Shown one piece after another: positions 23,283 through 24,000 of a stretch of DNA of 24,000 bases. This DNA is from Tsukamurella pulmonis. Lineage in GTDB: Bacteria; Actinomycetota; Actinomycetes; Mycobacteriales; Mycobacteriaceae. The stretch is taken from positions 1,788,136 through 1,812,135 of the forward strand of contig NZ_FNLF01000002.1 in NCBI RefSeq assembly GCF_900103175.1, written 5' to 3'. The notes below the pieces were generated by a model. That model did no database searches and was not told the DNA's origin. It was given only the letters and a program-made list of their open reading frames with translations. A program made the translations under genes and the position numbers. Position 1 is the stretch's first letter, and each line of letters starts with the position of its first letter.

Positions 23283-23663
23283 ATGACCACGATTCGTCCG
23301 TTCCTCATGTTCCAGGGCGGGGTCGCCGCCGCCGCGATCGAGCTGTACGTCAAGGCCTTCGACGGTGCCGTGCTCCGCTCCGTGCCGCACGCGGGTCCGC
23401 AGCAGGGCGTCCAGCTCGCCGAACTGGTGATCAAGGGGCAGCACGTGCTGATCAGCGACAGCGCGGTCGACCACGACTTCGACTTCACCCCGTCGACGTC
23501 GCTGTTCGTCGAGTGCGACGATCGCGCGGAGCTCGAGCGCCTCACCGAGGTGCTCGGGGCGGGCGGGAAGACCTACATGCCGCTGGGCGAGTACGGCTTC
23601 TCCACCGCGTTCGCGTGGGTCGGTGACCGGTTCGGCGTGTCCTGGCAGCTGAACCTGGCCTGA
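23283..23663 (+). CDS. VOC-superfamily protein, PhnB / 3-demethylubiquinone-9 3-methyltransferase-domain type, 126 aa
   Basis: The N-terminus IRPFLMFQGGVAAAAIELYVKAF and the C-terminus FGVSWQLN are typical of the PhnB-like glyoxalase-fold family. Confidence 0.7.
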   Translation: MTTIRPFLMFQGGVAAAAIELYVKAFDGAVLRSVPHAGPQQGVQLAELVIKGQHVLISDSAVDHDFDFTPSTSLFVECDDRAELERLTEVLGAGGKTYMPLGEYGFSTAFAWVGDRFGVSWQLNLA

Positions 23664-23746
23664 CGGTCCGCCTGTTCGCGACGGGGCTCGCGTCACGCTG
23701 AGCGCAAGCCTGGGCGGGTGCGGGCGAGCCGCCTACCGTCGGCGCC

Positions 23747-24000
23747 CATGAGCCGTCAGATCCGATTCAACGCCTTCGACATGAACTGCGTCGCCCACCA
23801 GTCCCCGGGGCTGTGGCGGCACCCGAAGGACCAGTCGCACCGCTACAAGGAACTGAGCTACTGGACGGACCTGGCGAAACTTCTCGAGCGCGGCACCTTC
23901 GACGGCATCTTCATCGCCGACGTGCTGGGCATCTACGACGCCTACAACGGCAACGGCGACGCGGCGATCAAGCACGCGGCGCAGGTCCCCGTCTCCGACC
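23747..24000 (+). CDS. LLM-class flavin-dependent monooxygenase (NtaA/SnaA/DszA family), 3'-truncated by the window edge
   Basis: From ATG 23747 the frame is open to the window end. The translation is MSRQIRFNAFDMNCVAHQSPGLWRHPKDQSHRYKELSYWTDLAKLLERGTFDGIFIADVLGIYD, the characteristic N-terminus of this family. It is absent from the ORF track because no stop is reached. The track's 23733-23975 minus-strand ORF is its antisense shadow. Confidence 0.8.

Noticed and set aside
23733-23975. 80-aa minus-strand ORF near the window end
   Set aside because: It is the antisense shadow of the plus-strand LLM monooxygenase gene starting at 23747, whose N-terminal sequence is unmistakably family-typical.

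Overview
High-GC actinobacterial chromosome segment, Corynebacteriales/Mycobacteriales-like by gene content, with about 27 genes. No rRNA, tRNA, CRISPR array, transposase or integrase was recognised.

Gene order, left to right:
- An accessory clpP pair, convergent with a ClgR/PopR-like HTH regulator.
- A class-II sirtuin translationally coupled to a GH3 beta-glucosidase.
- A small secreted protein.
- A CorA-family channel.
- Two MFS transporters, one NiaP/sugar-porter-like and one KgtP-like.
- A lower-GC island of about 6.5 kb (c. 8780-15320).
- A PEP-mutase/isocitrate-lyase-family gene.
- An ECF-type ABC importer: a fused membrane domain-ATPase-ATPase gene plus EcfT.
- ectABC for ectoine synthesis.
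- A Vgb-type streptogramin B lyase coupled to a ribokinase.
- A PhnB/VOC protein.
- The 5' end of an LLM-class flavin monooxygenase.

The island carries homologues of every gene class of the orphan E. coli sgc operon: two DeoR regulators, BtpA/SgcQ, an SgcE-like epimerase, Gat-family PTS IIA/IIC/IIB and an M42 SgcX-like peptidase.

Most notable observations:
1. The compositionally foreign sgc-type PTS island has no mobility genes.
2. The island epimerase is frameshifted at a G3/C3 run.
3. One ClpP paralogue has its catalytic Ser replaced by Ala while His and Asp are retained.
4. The adjacent ClgR/PopR-like regulator ends in ...LALAA.

Many of the longest ORFs in the six-frame track are GC-driven artefacts, either antisense or out of frame to real genes, and were rejected. 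All homology calls come from motif recognition by eye and from memory, not from database searches.
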